DNA of 64,000 nt from a virus (lineage: Duplodnaviria > Caudoviricetes). Within the stretch, counting starts at the first letter, position 1; each line of letters begins with the position of its first letter. The notes below the pieces were generated by a model. It saw only the letters and a list, made by a program, of their open reading frames with translations. It did no database searches and was not told the DNA's origin. Below, piece after piece: positions 10,151 through 18,309 of this stretch. The position numbers and the translations under genes are program-made. The DNA lies in IMG/VR virus record IMGVR_UViG_3300032225_001145, positions 32,001-96,000 of that record; one strand, given 5' to 3'.

Positions 10151-10438
10151 ATGTCGCGACCCAAGCCAACCATCCTAGCCGAGCTTACAAATAAGCAAAC
10201 ATACAAGACTGAGCAAGTACTTGCTTCAGAAGGTGTATGGGCTGTTTACTTTGATAGTAAACCTGTCAATCTCAAAACTTCTAATTTATTAGTTCAGTAC
10301 CCTGGACCAAAATACAAAAAAGTAAGTTTTAGCAATCCAGGTCACGCAATTAATCTTGCTAAGAAACTTAACACGCAATTTAAAACTGATAAGTTTAGCG
10401 TAGTATTACTCAAGCAAGGCGCACAAGTATATCCTTAA
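10151..10438 (+). CDS. Hypothetical protein
   Basis: ORF preceded by TAAATA-N7-ATG. Confidence 0.7.
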   Translation: MSRPKPTILAELTNKQTYKTEQVLASEGVWAVYFDSKPVNLKTSNLLVQYPGPKYKKVSFSNPGHAINLAKKLNTQFKTDKFSVVLLKQGAQVYP

Positions 10439-10450
10439 GATGGTATTACT

Positions 10451-10819
10451 GTGCGCGATAAAATCAAACTTACCGAAAAATTAGTATCACAACTTCCAGA
10501 AGAAAAACGGATTAGTGTAGAGTCCGCAAGAGTATCATGGTGGCATAATGTAAGGCCAACAGGTGGATTAAGACTAACTTCTACCGGTTGGCTTGCTCTA
10601 GCTGGAGATCTTGATTTAGAATTTTATGAATATAAAATAAAAGATCCCGTAGCATTTAATCAACATATGATATTATCATTAGATCGAAAATTACAAATGC
10701 CCTACTATATTGTAGCAACCAAAGGCATACCAAAAGCCGTGGTGTTTTTTGATAGCAAAGAAGCGGTGCTAGCCAATTTATACGGTGATTTAGAAAAGTT
10801 TCTTGACAACTATAATTAA
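10451..10819 (+). CDS. Hypothetical protein
   Basis: 122-aa ORF in operon. Confidence 0.65.
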   Translation: MRDKIKLTEKLVSQLPEEKRISVESARVSWWHNVRPTGGLRLTSTGWLALAGDLDLEFYEYKIKDPVAFNQHMILSLDRKLQMPYYIVATKGIPKAVVFFDSKEAVLANLYGDLEKFLDNYN

Positions 10820-10831
10820 CGGTGTTATACT
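10803..10831 (+). promoter_or_regulatory. Sigma70-type promoter with extended -10
   Basis: TTGACA-17nt-TATACT with TG one base upstream of the -10 box; just upstream of a tRNA. Confidence 0.8.
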
Positions 10832-10847
10832 ACACAAGTAGTAGATA

Positions 10848-10924
10848 GGGCCGGTAGCTCATTCGGTTAGAGCAGAGGACTCATAATCCTTTGGTGGAGT
10901 GTTCGAATCACTCTCGGCCCACCA
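10848..10924 (+). tRNA. tRNA with CAT anticodon, probably tRNA-Ile2 (lysidine type)
   Basis: Full cloverleaf, GA-CT-CAT-AA-TC anticodon arm, paired G1-C72, A73, CCA; lacks initiator features. Confidence 0.85.
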
Positions 10925-10939
10925 GAACTAAATAACTTT

Positions 10940-11107
10940 ATGGAACAGAACAAAAAACCCGTTGATAAGTTTTATTACTCTGAAAAAGAGTGGGATCGTT
11001 TAGGATGCGGCCCGTTGCCAGAAGAGCGTGATCGTAATAAGTTTCAAGAAGCCCACGCAAAAGGAAATCCTAAGATTGACGGCAAAGCTGTAAAAGGATA
11101 TAATTAA
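10940..11107 (+). CDS. Small hypothetical protein (55 aa)
   Basis: MEQNKKPVDKFYYSEKEW...; TAAATA-N5-ATG. Confidence 0.55.
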   Translation: MEQNKKPVDKFYYSEKEWDRLGCGPLPEERDRNKFQEAHAKGNPKIDGKAVKGYN

Positions 11108-11237
11108 AATGGGTATGTTAGGTTTATTAGTTTTCGTAGCAATACTATTATATGCTCTAATAGAATTAAAAGATTATTATAAAGATAATCAATAAAGATA
11201 TGTTTTACTACGTTTATCAGATTACTAATCTTTGTTA

Positions 11238-11586
11238 GTGGTAGGCTCAAAACAAGTATACCACAAAAAAGAATTGTAGTTTAATGCTTTGAAAGAAAGC
11301 GGTTGCGGACCCGGGGGCGGAGCCCGGCACCTCCACCATAAGCAGTTTGGTAACAGAATGTTTATGATGGGGGTGAATTAGGATCGACGTGGCAGTAAGT
11401 ATGGATAAGATCTACACAGTAGGCGATGACTGTCAATCAAGCAAATCTCGTAAATGCAAAAGCATCTACTGGCGAAGTAACTGTTTCAGCTAAGAACCTC
11501 AAGTTCCGCACTTTAGCAGCCAAAGGCCAATCTTTAGCAGTTTAATCACTGCTTAGGGCAGGACATGCCTCGTAACAGAAATCACC
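11238..11586 (+). ncRNA. ssrA: Circularly permuted (two-piece) tmRNA; outer ends approximate
   Basis: 3' half GACCCGGGGGCGGAGCCCGGCACCTCCACCA (ends 11338) precedes 5' half GGGGGTGAATTAGGATCGAC (starts 11369); 7-bp acceptor with G3:U70; tag frame 11456-11545. Confidence 0.9.
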
Positions 11587-11613
11587 AGAACCCGCTTCGG
11601 CGGGTTTCTTTTT
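11587..11613 (+). terminator. Rho-independent terminator
   Basis: AACCCGC-TTCG-GCGGGTT hairpin plus T tract. Confidence 0.9.
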
Positions 11614-11707
11614 ATCATAATGTACCAAAATCTAGCAATTTTTGCAGCCCAAGACAAAAAAACAATAAATAGTAGTTCAGCATTACAAACATAAAGGAAA
11701 TTAACGC

Positions 11708-12451
11708 ATGAAAAAAGTACTATTAGCATTATTTGCAATCGCTGGCTTTACAGCCGCTCACGCACAAGTATCAGGCAATTTAAGTTTGACTTCTGATTAT
11801 CGTTTCCGCGGTATTAGTCAATCTCAAAATGCTCCTGCCGTACAAGGTGGTGTTGACTATGCTCACTCAAGTGGTTTGTATATTGGTAACTGGAACAGTA
11901 GTGTTTCAAGCCAAGTATATACAAATGGCGCAGGTGTAGAGTCTGACTTGTATGCTGGATATAAGAAAGATATTTACAAAGGTCTAACATTAGATGTTGG
12001 TTCTTATAACTACTTCTATCCACGTGCTACAGCAACAAGAACTGGTTCAAACTTTGATACATACGAAGCTTTCGTTGGTCTAGGTTATGGTCCGGTTGCT
12101 GTTAAGTATAGTCAAACTTTAGGTAATGGTTACTTTGGTACCGTTAACGCTAAAAACACAAACTACACACAAGCTGACATTGCTCAATCATTTGAGCCAT
12201 TGAGTGCTAAGTTGAAGAATTTGAGTTTCTTAGCTCATTATGGTCGTACTAATGTTGCTAACAGTTCAAATTTGGACTACAACGACATCAATGTTGGCTT
12301 AGGTTATGCTTTGCCAAAAGATTGGTCAGTAAATGCCAAGTACTATACAAATAGTTCTATGACAAGTACTTTCCAAACAGCTAATAATGTAAATGGTCAA
12401 AAACTTTACAAAAACGCTGTTGTTGCAACATTAACCAAAACATTTGAATAA
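11708..12451 (+). CDS. TorF-family putative porin (outer-membrane beta-barrel)
   Basis: Signal peptide, SDYRFRGISQ, PAVQGG, GLYIGNWNS, DLYAGY; Phe near the C-terminus. Confidence 0.85.
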   Translation: MKKVLLALFAIAGFTAAHAQVSGNLSLTSDYRFRGISQSQNAPAVQGGVDYAHSSGLYIGNWNSSVSSQVYTNGAGVESDLYAGYKKDIYKGLTLDVGSYNYFYPRATATRTGSNFDTYEAFVGLGYGPVAVKYSQTLGNGYFGTVNAKNTNYTQADIAQSFEPLSAKLKNLSFLAHYGRTNVANSSNLDYNDINVGLGYALPKDWSVNAKYYTNSSMTSTFQTANNVNGQKLYKNAVVATLTKTFE

Positions 12452-12469
12452 TTCTTATTCTATGTAATC

Positions 12470-12493
12470 AAAAGGACCTTCGGGTCCTTTTTT
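12470..12493 (+). terminator. Rho-independent terminator
   Basis: AAAAGGACC-TTCG-GGTCCTTTTTTT. Confidence 0.9.
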
Positions 12494-12548
12494 ATTGACC
12501 ATTTAGTATCGCTATAATGATATAATTTAGTTCTTAAATAGTTACATC

Positions 12549-12803
12549 ATGCGAGCACTTTGGGATCGACATCCTGAGCTTCCTTATAGGGCTGTAGCAC
12601 CATGGCCCATCATAGAAACCAACGGGAATCTAGATTGGATCGCCGCAGTTGATACAATGGAATCTTGGCTCGAATCAACAGTTGGCAGACATTATGTCCG
12701 TTGGACTTGGACCATGTGGACATTGAATCAACCCAACTTATGCGGGGTTAGTTTTGCCCGTGATACAGATTCTACGCTATTTTTGCTAAAATGGAACCAT
12801 TAG
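12549..12803 (+). CDS. Small hypothetical protein (F-x-L-K-W C-terminal family)
   Basis: Ends LFLLKWNH; TAAATA-N8-ATG. Confidence 0.65.
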   Translation: MRALWDRHPELPYRAVAPWPIIETNGNLDWIAAVDTMESWLESTVGRHYVRWTWTMWTLNQPNLCGVSFARDTDSTLFLLKWNH

Positions 12804-12815
12804 TACAAACAAAGG

Positions 12816-12844
12816 TTGACAAACAAACATAAATACCTTACAAT
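12816..12844 (+). promoter_or_regulatory. Sigma70-type promoter of the leader transcript
   Basis: TTGACA-17nt-TACAAT. Confidence 0.8.
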
Positions 12845-12854
12845 ATACAATACT

Positions 12855-12965
12855 ATGAAAAACATTATTCATTCTTCATTATTACAGCCAACACAAGGCG
12901 GGCTAGCCTATTGGGCAGTGGATTGTGGCATGATTAATGTACTAGAAGCAAAGGGTCTTAGTTAA
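12855..12965 (+). CDS. Putative attenuator leader peptide (36 aa)
   Basis: MKNIIHSSLLQPTQGGLAYWAVDCGMINVLEAKGLS*; its last codons overlap the antiterminator strand. Confidence 0.7.
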   Translation: MKNIIHSSLLQPTQGGLAYWAVDCGMINVLEAKGLS

Positions 12966-13024
12966 TATTGTATTAATATATTTTTTAACCAAGACCCTGG
13001 AACTAAACACTCCAGGGTTTTTTT
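12952..13024 (+). promoter_or_regulatory. Transcription attenuator: mutually exclusive antiterminator and terminator
   Basis: 12952-12965 pairs with 12985-12998 (13/14 bp); terminator ACCCTGGA-N9-TCCAGGGT plus T tract shares 12994-12998. Confidence 0.75.
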
Positions 13025-13044
13025 ATTTTGAAAAGGAAAGAAAG

Positions 13045-13203
13045 ATGATAGATTATACCAAATTGAATGATCGTATTATCGAGCAGGCTTATTCGAACAT
13101 TTTGAGTCCAGAAGAAAAACGCAAACTGATCGAAGAAAAATTTAATCGGGCTGCTCAATATTATAAATCGGTACAAGCACCAATCTACCCAATTAAGGAC
13201 TAG
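13045..13203 (+). CDS. Small hypothetical protein (52 aa)
   Basis: MIDYTKLNDRIIEQAY...; AAGGA RBS; first gene after the attenuator. Confidence 0.6.
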   Translation: MIDYTKLNDRIIEQAYSNILSPEEKRKLIEEKFNRAAQYYKSVQAPIYPIKD

Positions 13204-13229
13204 ACAAAGTAGTTGAATTGTAGTATAAT
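13201..13229 (+). promoter_or_regulatory. Possible sigma70-type promoter
   Basis: TAGACA-17nt-TATAAT. Confidence 0.6.
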
Positions 13230-13398
13230 GTGTTATAGGAAACGAGATCCTGGTCTGCACGTAAAACATGGGCCAAATGGGCGGGCACTAAGATGAAACT
13301 CCTTGTGTGGGGCGAAAAATCAGTGTATAGTAAAGCGCATTGGACGATCCAAGTTATTGGAAGCAAACATCATAAGTGGCCAGTGCGTTTTACTATAT

Positions 13399-13485
13399 GC
13401 ATCGGTGGGTGAGTGGCTAAAACCATCTGACTGTAAATCAGACGCCTTAAGGGCTACGAAAGTTCGAATCTTTCCTGGTGCACCA
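13399..13485 (+). tRNA. tRNA-Tyr(GTA)
   Basis: TCTGA-CT-GTA-AA-TCAGA, long variable arm, CCA. Confidence 0.95.
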
Positions 13486-13534
13486 CTATAAAATGGTCGG
13501 CTCTTAAACATGTGCTAGTAATCTTAACAATAAC

Positions 13535-13612
13535 GGGGCGGTGGCGGAGTGGCCCAACGCAAGGGACTGCAAATCCCTAAAACCGTCAGTTCAAATCTGA
13601 CCCGCCCCTCCA
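13535..13612 (+). tRNA. tRNA-Cys(GCA)
   Basis: AGGGA-CT-GCA-AA-TCCCT, U73, CCA. Confidence 0.95.
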
Positions 13613-13616
13613 TTTT

Positions 13617-13693
13617 GGTTTGGTAGTTCAATTGGTCAGAGCACCGCCCTGTCACGGCGGAAGTTGCGAGTTCGAGTCTCGTCCAGACCGCCA
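13617..13693 (+). tRNA. tRNA-Asp(GTC)
   Basis: CCGCC-CT-GTC-AC-GGCGG, G73, CCA. Confidence 0.95.
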
Positions 13694-13856
13694 AGAATGT
13701 CGCCCGACCTAGGGGTTAATACTAGGGGTTGCTGACTCGCCATAGCAGTTAGGGTTAGGTAGATTAGACAAAAATCTCCACGCAGGTTGTAGCGGATACA
13801 ACTAACAGTGACAACTCAAGCCCGGGGCTCTACGACAATGAGTAGCCGGGCACTTC

Positions 13857-13932
13857 GCTCCCATCGTCTAGAGGCCTAGGACACGACCCTTTCACGGTCG
13901 GTACGCCGGTTCGAATCCGGCTGGGAGCGCCA
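13857..13932 (+). tRNA. tRNA-Glu(TTC)
   Basis: CGACC-CT-TTC-AC-GGTCG, CCA. Confidence 0.95.
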
Positions 13933-13950
13933 AACATTAAATAGTAATAC

Positions 13951-14025
13951 GAGTCCCTGATGTCAACGGTAGCATGTCGGTCTCCAAAACCGATCGTCGG
14001 AGTTCGAATCTCTGGGGATTCGCCA
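13951..14025 (+). tRNA. tRNA-Trp(CCA)
   Basis: TCGGT-CT-CCA-AA-ACCGA, G73, CCA. Confidence 0.95.
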
Positions 14026-14045
14026 AACAACTTTGAAAGACATTA

Positions 14046-14516
14046 ATGAAATTCAACATACCACTAATCAAAGAATTTATTGACCGACAGGGTCCCGATA
14101 CTAAGATTTATATTGGAGTGGACTCTGAACGAATTAAACGCGGTAAAGAATGGTATGCTGATTATACTGCGGCTATTGTAGTACACATTGACGGCAAGCA
14201 CGGATGTAAGTTATTTGGTGAAGTTACTCGGGAACGAGATTATGATAGAGTAGACCGACCTAATACTAGATTAATGATGGAAGTGTTCAAAGTCAGTGAA
14301 TTATATTTGAAACTTGCCGAGGTACTAGAAAACAGAACAGTAGAAGTACACTTAGATATCAATCCAGACGAAAGTTACACAAGTTCCAATGTAGTAGCAC
14401 AAGCCATTGGTTATATTAGAGGTACTTGCAATGTTGAACCCTTTGTCAAACCTCAAGCATTTGCGGCAACCTATGCCGCTGATAGAATGAAGGGTTTACG
14501 AGTAGCAAACGAATAA
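14046..14516 (+). CDS. YkuK-family RNase H-like protein
   Basis: IYIGVDSE, RLMMEV, EVHLDINP, KPQAFAATYAAD. Confidence 0.8.
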   Translation: MKFNIPLIKEFIDRQGPDTKIYIGVDSERIKRGKEWYADYTAAIVVHIDGKHGCKLFGEVTRERDYDRVDRPNTRLMMEVFKVSELYLKLAEVLENRTVEVHLDINPDESYTSSNVVAQAIGYIRGTCNVEPFVKPQAFAATYAADRMKGLRVANE

Positions 14517-14531
14517 AAATAAATATAATAT

Positions 14532-15527
14532 ATGGAAAAATTAATAGAAATAAAAAATTCAAATAATAGTATATATGTCTACTGGATTCTCACTGATTTT
14601 TGTAATCAGCATTGTACATATTGTCCGCCAAGTTTAAATAATGCAACTTACGCAAATAAACCAAATTTTATAACTGATGCTGATATCGATCGATTTATTG
14701 ACAAATTAATTGATACTAAGAAAAAAACACAAAAAAAACTGATTGTTGGTATAGCAGGTGGAGAACCCACCACTCATAATAAGTTTCCTGATATTATAAA
14801 AAGATTATGCGACTATGCTTCTATAGAAGTAGTAACTAATGGGACACGGAGCGTTAAGTGGTGGAGTGAATTGCCGGCATTGCCTGACTTAACTGTTTTG
14901 TCGTTACACCCAGAATATTATGATGCTAAAAAAATAAAAATTAATGAACTGTGTGATTTTTTAACAGAAAATAATAAAGTTATACAATTTAACTTAATGT
15001 GCCATCCAGCAATGTGGGACAAAACTATGACAATGTTTAACGATATAGCTGAAAAGTATAAACAATTTATAATTCCAAAAGTTATACAAAATATGGATAA
15101 TAGTGGCGTTATGAATAATCAAGAAAAAAAAATATATAATTATTCAGTAGAACAATTGAATTTTATCAAAAATCATCAATATAAAATACATACGACTGAT
15201 AAAACTAGAAAAGCTAGCATCAGCATATATGCCGACTCAACTTCTAAAAAATGTAATCCAAACGCATTGATGGCGGATGGGCAACATTATTTTAAGAATT
15301 GGAAATGTTCGGCAGGCAGCGAAGGAATATCTGTTTCGCCCGAAGGAAAAATTTTAGCCGGTATTTGTGGAGCTAAACAATTAGGAACTTTGCAGACTAC
15401 TTTTGAATTTCTCGATGACTATTTAAATTGCCCAAAAGTTAATTGTGCCTGCCCCGGAGACATTGTTCTTAATAAGTATGATCCAACACTGGTTAGACAA
15501 AATACTAGTGATTCTAAAATTGAATAG
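14532..15527 (+). CDS. Radical SAM protein with C-terminal SPASM/twitch-like Cys-rich domain
   Basis: CNQHCTYC, GGEPT, TNG; WKCSAG...C...CPKVNCACPGD. Confidence 0.85.
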   Translation: MEKLIEIKNSNNSIYVYWILTDFCNQHCTYCPPSLNNATYANKPNFITDADIDRFIDKLIDTKKKTQKKLIVGIAGGEPTTHNKFPDIIKRLCDYASIEVVTNGTRSVKWWSELPALPDLTVLSLHPEYYDAKKIKINELCDFLTENNKVIQFNLMCHPAMWDKTMTMFNDIAEKYKQFIIPKVIQNMDNSGVMNNQEKKIYNYSVEQLNFIKNHQYKIHTTDKTRKASISIYADSTSKKCNPNALMADGQHYFKNWKCSAGSEGISVSPEGKILAGICGAKQLGTLQTTFEFLDDYLNCPKVNCACPGDIVLNKYDPTLVRQNTSDSKIE

Positions 15528-15551
15528 TCAAGAACAGGATCTTTGTTAAAT

Positions 15552-16118
15552 TTAATTTATTATGTAATTTTTAAAGTTATCTACAACTTCTAACCAGGGC
15601 ATGTTTTTAATTTTAGGACGAAGACTAACAGCATATCGATTACCAAACCCACTTGCGCGATGCGGAACTGACGCATTTACAAGATATGCTCCAACCATCA
15701 TATCGTACACTTTAATAGGGGCAACATTTGTAGAACAACGAATCCTCTTATAACCAGATCTTAGATATTCAGGACTATCAGGTTCATCTAAAACAGGATC
15801 TAGCATTTCTTTAGTCCAGTATTCCATTCTAGCACTACCGTTGTGAATCCAGTTAATCCCCCAAACACACGGAGCAGTTGGTTCTTTAAGTTCCGTTGCT
15901 TCGTCGGAATGAATTAGGCCAATAAAATTAGGTTTATAGAAAAAGTTGAATCCTTCAAATTCTATATTATTAAAAATGAGCCATTCTGGTTTAACTAATT
16001 CTTTTGCTACCATCATTTTATGCGTAGGTTCTGTAAAATCAAACAAAGATTTTTTAGCAGAATCTAACAATATATCAGGTAGCAATGGAAAATTTAATTT
16101 ATAGACATATTCAAACAT
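15552..16118 (-). CDS. Putative Fe(II)/2OG-type oxygenase (double-stranded beta-helix)
   Basis: IHSD...INW...PHR...RYAVSLR (HxD...H...R). Confidence 0.6.
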   Translation of the reverse strand: MFEYVYKLNFPLLPDILLDSAKKSLFDFTEPTHKMMVAKELVKPEWLIFNNIEFEGFNFFYKPNFIGLIHSDEATELKEPTAPCVWGINWIHNGSARMEYWTKEMLDPVLDEPDSPEYLRSGYKRIRCSTNVAPIKVYDMMVGAYLVNASVPHRASGFGNRYAVSLRPKIKNMPWLEVVDNFKNYIIN

Positions 16119-16163
16119 AAGATATTTATGTAAAATCTTATACCAAATACTTACATGAGTGTG

Positions 16164-16745
16164 TTAGTATAATTGTGTAATAGTATCAATTAATAATGAA
16201 TAATTAGACGGTACGGGTGTCTTTTTTGAAGGCGATTTGAATTCAGAAAAATCTTCATAGTATAATTCTACATCAGCTGAAATTTTAGACAAAATATTTT
16301 CTTCTATTTTAACTCGATTCATAGCATATCTAATTTTTCCAAGATCGATTTCAATATTAGTATTTACTAGATCAGCTTCGGTATAGTATTCCCATTTTTG
16401 CCTATAGTATCCAACATAGTAGCTAGCCATTTGTTCTATAGTATTTCTGCGAGACATTTTAATTCTAAAAACCTGATCTGAAAACATCGTAGCAATAATC
16501 TCCGACGGATAAGTTTTAATACTAGATCCTAGTAATTTTAAAATATAATCATTCTTTTTTTCAACCATAGTATGATTTAGAAATTTTTTCATATAATCGG
16601 AATCAGGAAAATTGCTTGGCTCATTATAGTAATCAAGCCCAGGATAAAGTTTTCCTAAATGATAACCTAAAGCAGTACTACCAGTTCTTGGACTAGCAAT
16701 TATTACTATAGGTTTTTTTGTTATATTATTTAAACCAGAAACCAT
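16164..16745 (-). CDS. Sulfotransferase-like protein
   Basis: IASPRTGST PAPS-binding loop, NEP, R-x-N..Q..S, YYED. Confidence 0.7.
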   Translation of the reverse strand: MVSGLNNITKKPIVIIASPRTGSTALGYHLGKLYPGLDYYNEPSNFPDSDYMKKFLNHTMVEKKNDYILKLLGSSIKTYPSEIIATMFSDQVFRIKMSRRNTIEQMASYYVGYYRQKWEYYTEADLVNTNIEIDLGKIRYAMNRVKIEENILSKISADVELYYEDFSEFKSPSKKTPVPSNYSLLIDTITQLY

Positions 16746-17664
16746 ATTTGTTTACCAATTTCATATAAAATTCAGCAGCATTGTGCAATTGTGTTCGAAC
16801 TATTATTCTTTCAAACCAATCCATTGATTTATCAACCCCAAAATACTCATAAAATTTTATCATTAATAAATTATATTTTTTAATTTCAGCTATGTCAGCT
16901 TTTTTATATTCTTCTTTATGTACTACCAGATGCTGTGGTAATCTTGGTTTAGAATAATTTATTTTTTTGTTGTTGGACCATTCTTTTGGATAGCCAACAC
17001 AAATTCCAAATATTGGTAATACTTTTTTTGGCAATTTAAGTTCGTCAGTTAAATCTATTGTTTTAATTGATCCACAGTACATTGTACCTAATCCCATAGA
17101 CTCGGCCGATAAACAAAATGTTTGTGCGGATATGATAGCATCACAAATAGATCTTATTTCATAACTACCATAACAAAATGCCTCTTGAGATTTTATTGTT
17201 TTGTCTTCGGAGTATAATGTTTTTACTTCAGAATCATTTAATATTGTATTAACTCGACTTAAATCTACACACCAAACAACAAATAGGTCGCATTCCATTA
17301 CAGCATTATAATTACCACTATCACTTCCTGATGTTACATTTAGTTTACCGTCTTTTAATGTACTGACGGTTAATCCCATGTTAGATCGTTTACGCGGCGA
17401 ATTAAAAAATATTTTTTCTCGATTTTCTTTAGATTCTATAACAATAGCAGACCAGGTTTGAAACATAGAACTAGTCGGTGCCGATTGCGCAGCGGCAAAT
17501 AATTTTTCTACTAGTAAAGGATCTATTTTTTGATCAGTAAATCTTCTTACTGTTTTTCTTTTAATAATATTTTCTATAAATTCGTTAGCTGGAAAAGTGT
17601 TGTCTATACCCCCACCATATCTTTGTTGGAACCCAGATAATTCTTGATCGTATAAATTATTCAT
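16726..17664 (-). CDS. Nitroreductase family (NfsA-like flavoprotein)
   Basis: RKTVRRF, AAQSAPTS, AESMGLG, PIFGICVGYP, KPRLP. Confidence 0.9.
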   Translation of the reverse strand: MNNLYDQELSGFQQRYGGGIDNTFPANEFIENIIKRKTVRRFTDQKIDPLLVEKLFAAAQSAPTSSMFQTWSAIVIESKENREKIFFNSPRKRSNMGLTVSTLKDGKLNVTSGSDSGNYNAVMECDLFVVWCVDLSRVNTILNDSEVKTLYSEDKTIKSQEAFCYGSYEIRSICDAIISAQTFCLSAESMGLGTMYCGSIKTIDLTDELKLPKKVLPIFGICVGYPKEWSNNKKINYSKPRLPQHLVVHKEEYKKADIAEIKKYNLLMIKFYEYFGVDKSMDWFERIIVRTQLHNAAEFYMKLVNKYGFWFK

Positions 17665-17760
17665 TATATAAATCTCTAGATTTTAATATAAATAATGTAT
17701 TGCATACTCGACATACGGAAATTTTCATAGTATTATTTAGTACAGGATGCAAAAGATAGT

Positions 17761-18309
17761 TTAATTTATAAAGACAGCTAATCTTTTCTTGGCCTCATTC
17801 ATAGTAAGTCTGTTATGATTATTAGCGCAATTAATCACTAAACTAATACATATTCGTTCTTCGATTAAATTAATTATATTATGTGGCAATCCTACTTGAA
17901 CCAAACTAGGGCTACTGATATGTTCTTCGACCGTAAAATTAACCTCAGACAAATCATAAACATAGAGAGTAGTTCCTATCGGATTATAAATAACTTGTTT
18001 ATGAATATCTGGCTTGACAGTAAACCATTGCATTACACTATCTTTACCTCCAATCACCCAATTAATTTTTACATAATCACCGAGCCCAGCGTCGCTATGT
18101 ATTAGCGGTTTGCAGTTTGGTTTACGATAAAAAACTTCTGCAAATCCTATTGATATGTTATAAGACTTTAGAGATTCAACAAGTGTTGGATTAATATCGA
18201 TGTTGACATCAAGCGACAAATGCCCAGTTTTTTTTATAGCATTGATAGTTTTTGCTATGTTATTAAGTGGAAAAATAGATAAATTTAAAGGTTGGCAGTA
18301 TTCGTTCAT
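17761..18309 (-). CDS. Putative Fe(II)/2OG-type oxygenase
   Basis: IHSD...KINW...PHNI...RICISL. Confidence 0.6.
   Translation of the reverse strand: MNEYCQPLNLSIFPLNNIAKTINAIKKTGHLSLDVNIDINPTLVESLKSYNISIGFAEVFYRKPNCKPLIHSDAGLGDYVKINWVIGGKDSVMQWFTVKPDIHKQVIYNPIGTTLYVYDLSEVNFTVEEHISSPSLVQVGLPHNIINLIEERICISLVINCANNHNRLTMNEAKKRLAVFIN

Noticed and set aside
10848-10924. CAT tRNA as initiator Met
   Set aside because: G1-C72 is paired and the three consecutive G-C anticodon-stem pairs are absent; Ile2-like
13288-13317. GATGA...stem...GAAA resembling a hammerhead core
   Set aside because: Lacks the CUGAUGA consensus and a recognisable stem III/cleavage triplet
13303-14030. ORF-track entries 13303-13491, 13320-13511 and 13830-14030
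   Set aside because: They overlap clear tRNA genes and are shadows of GC-rich RNA sequence
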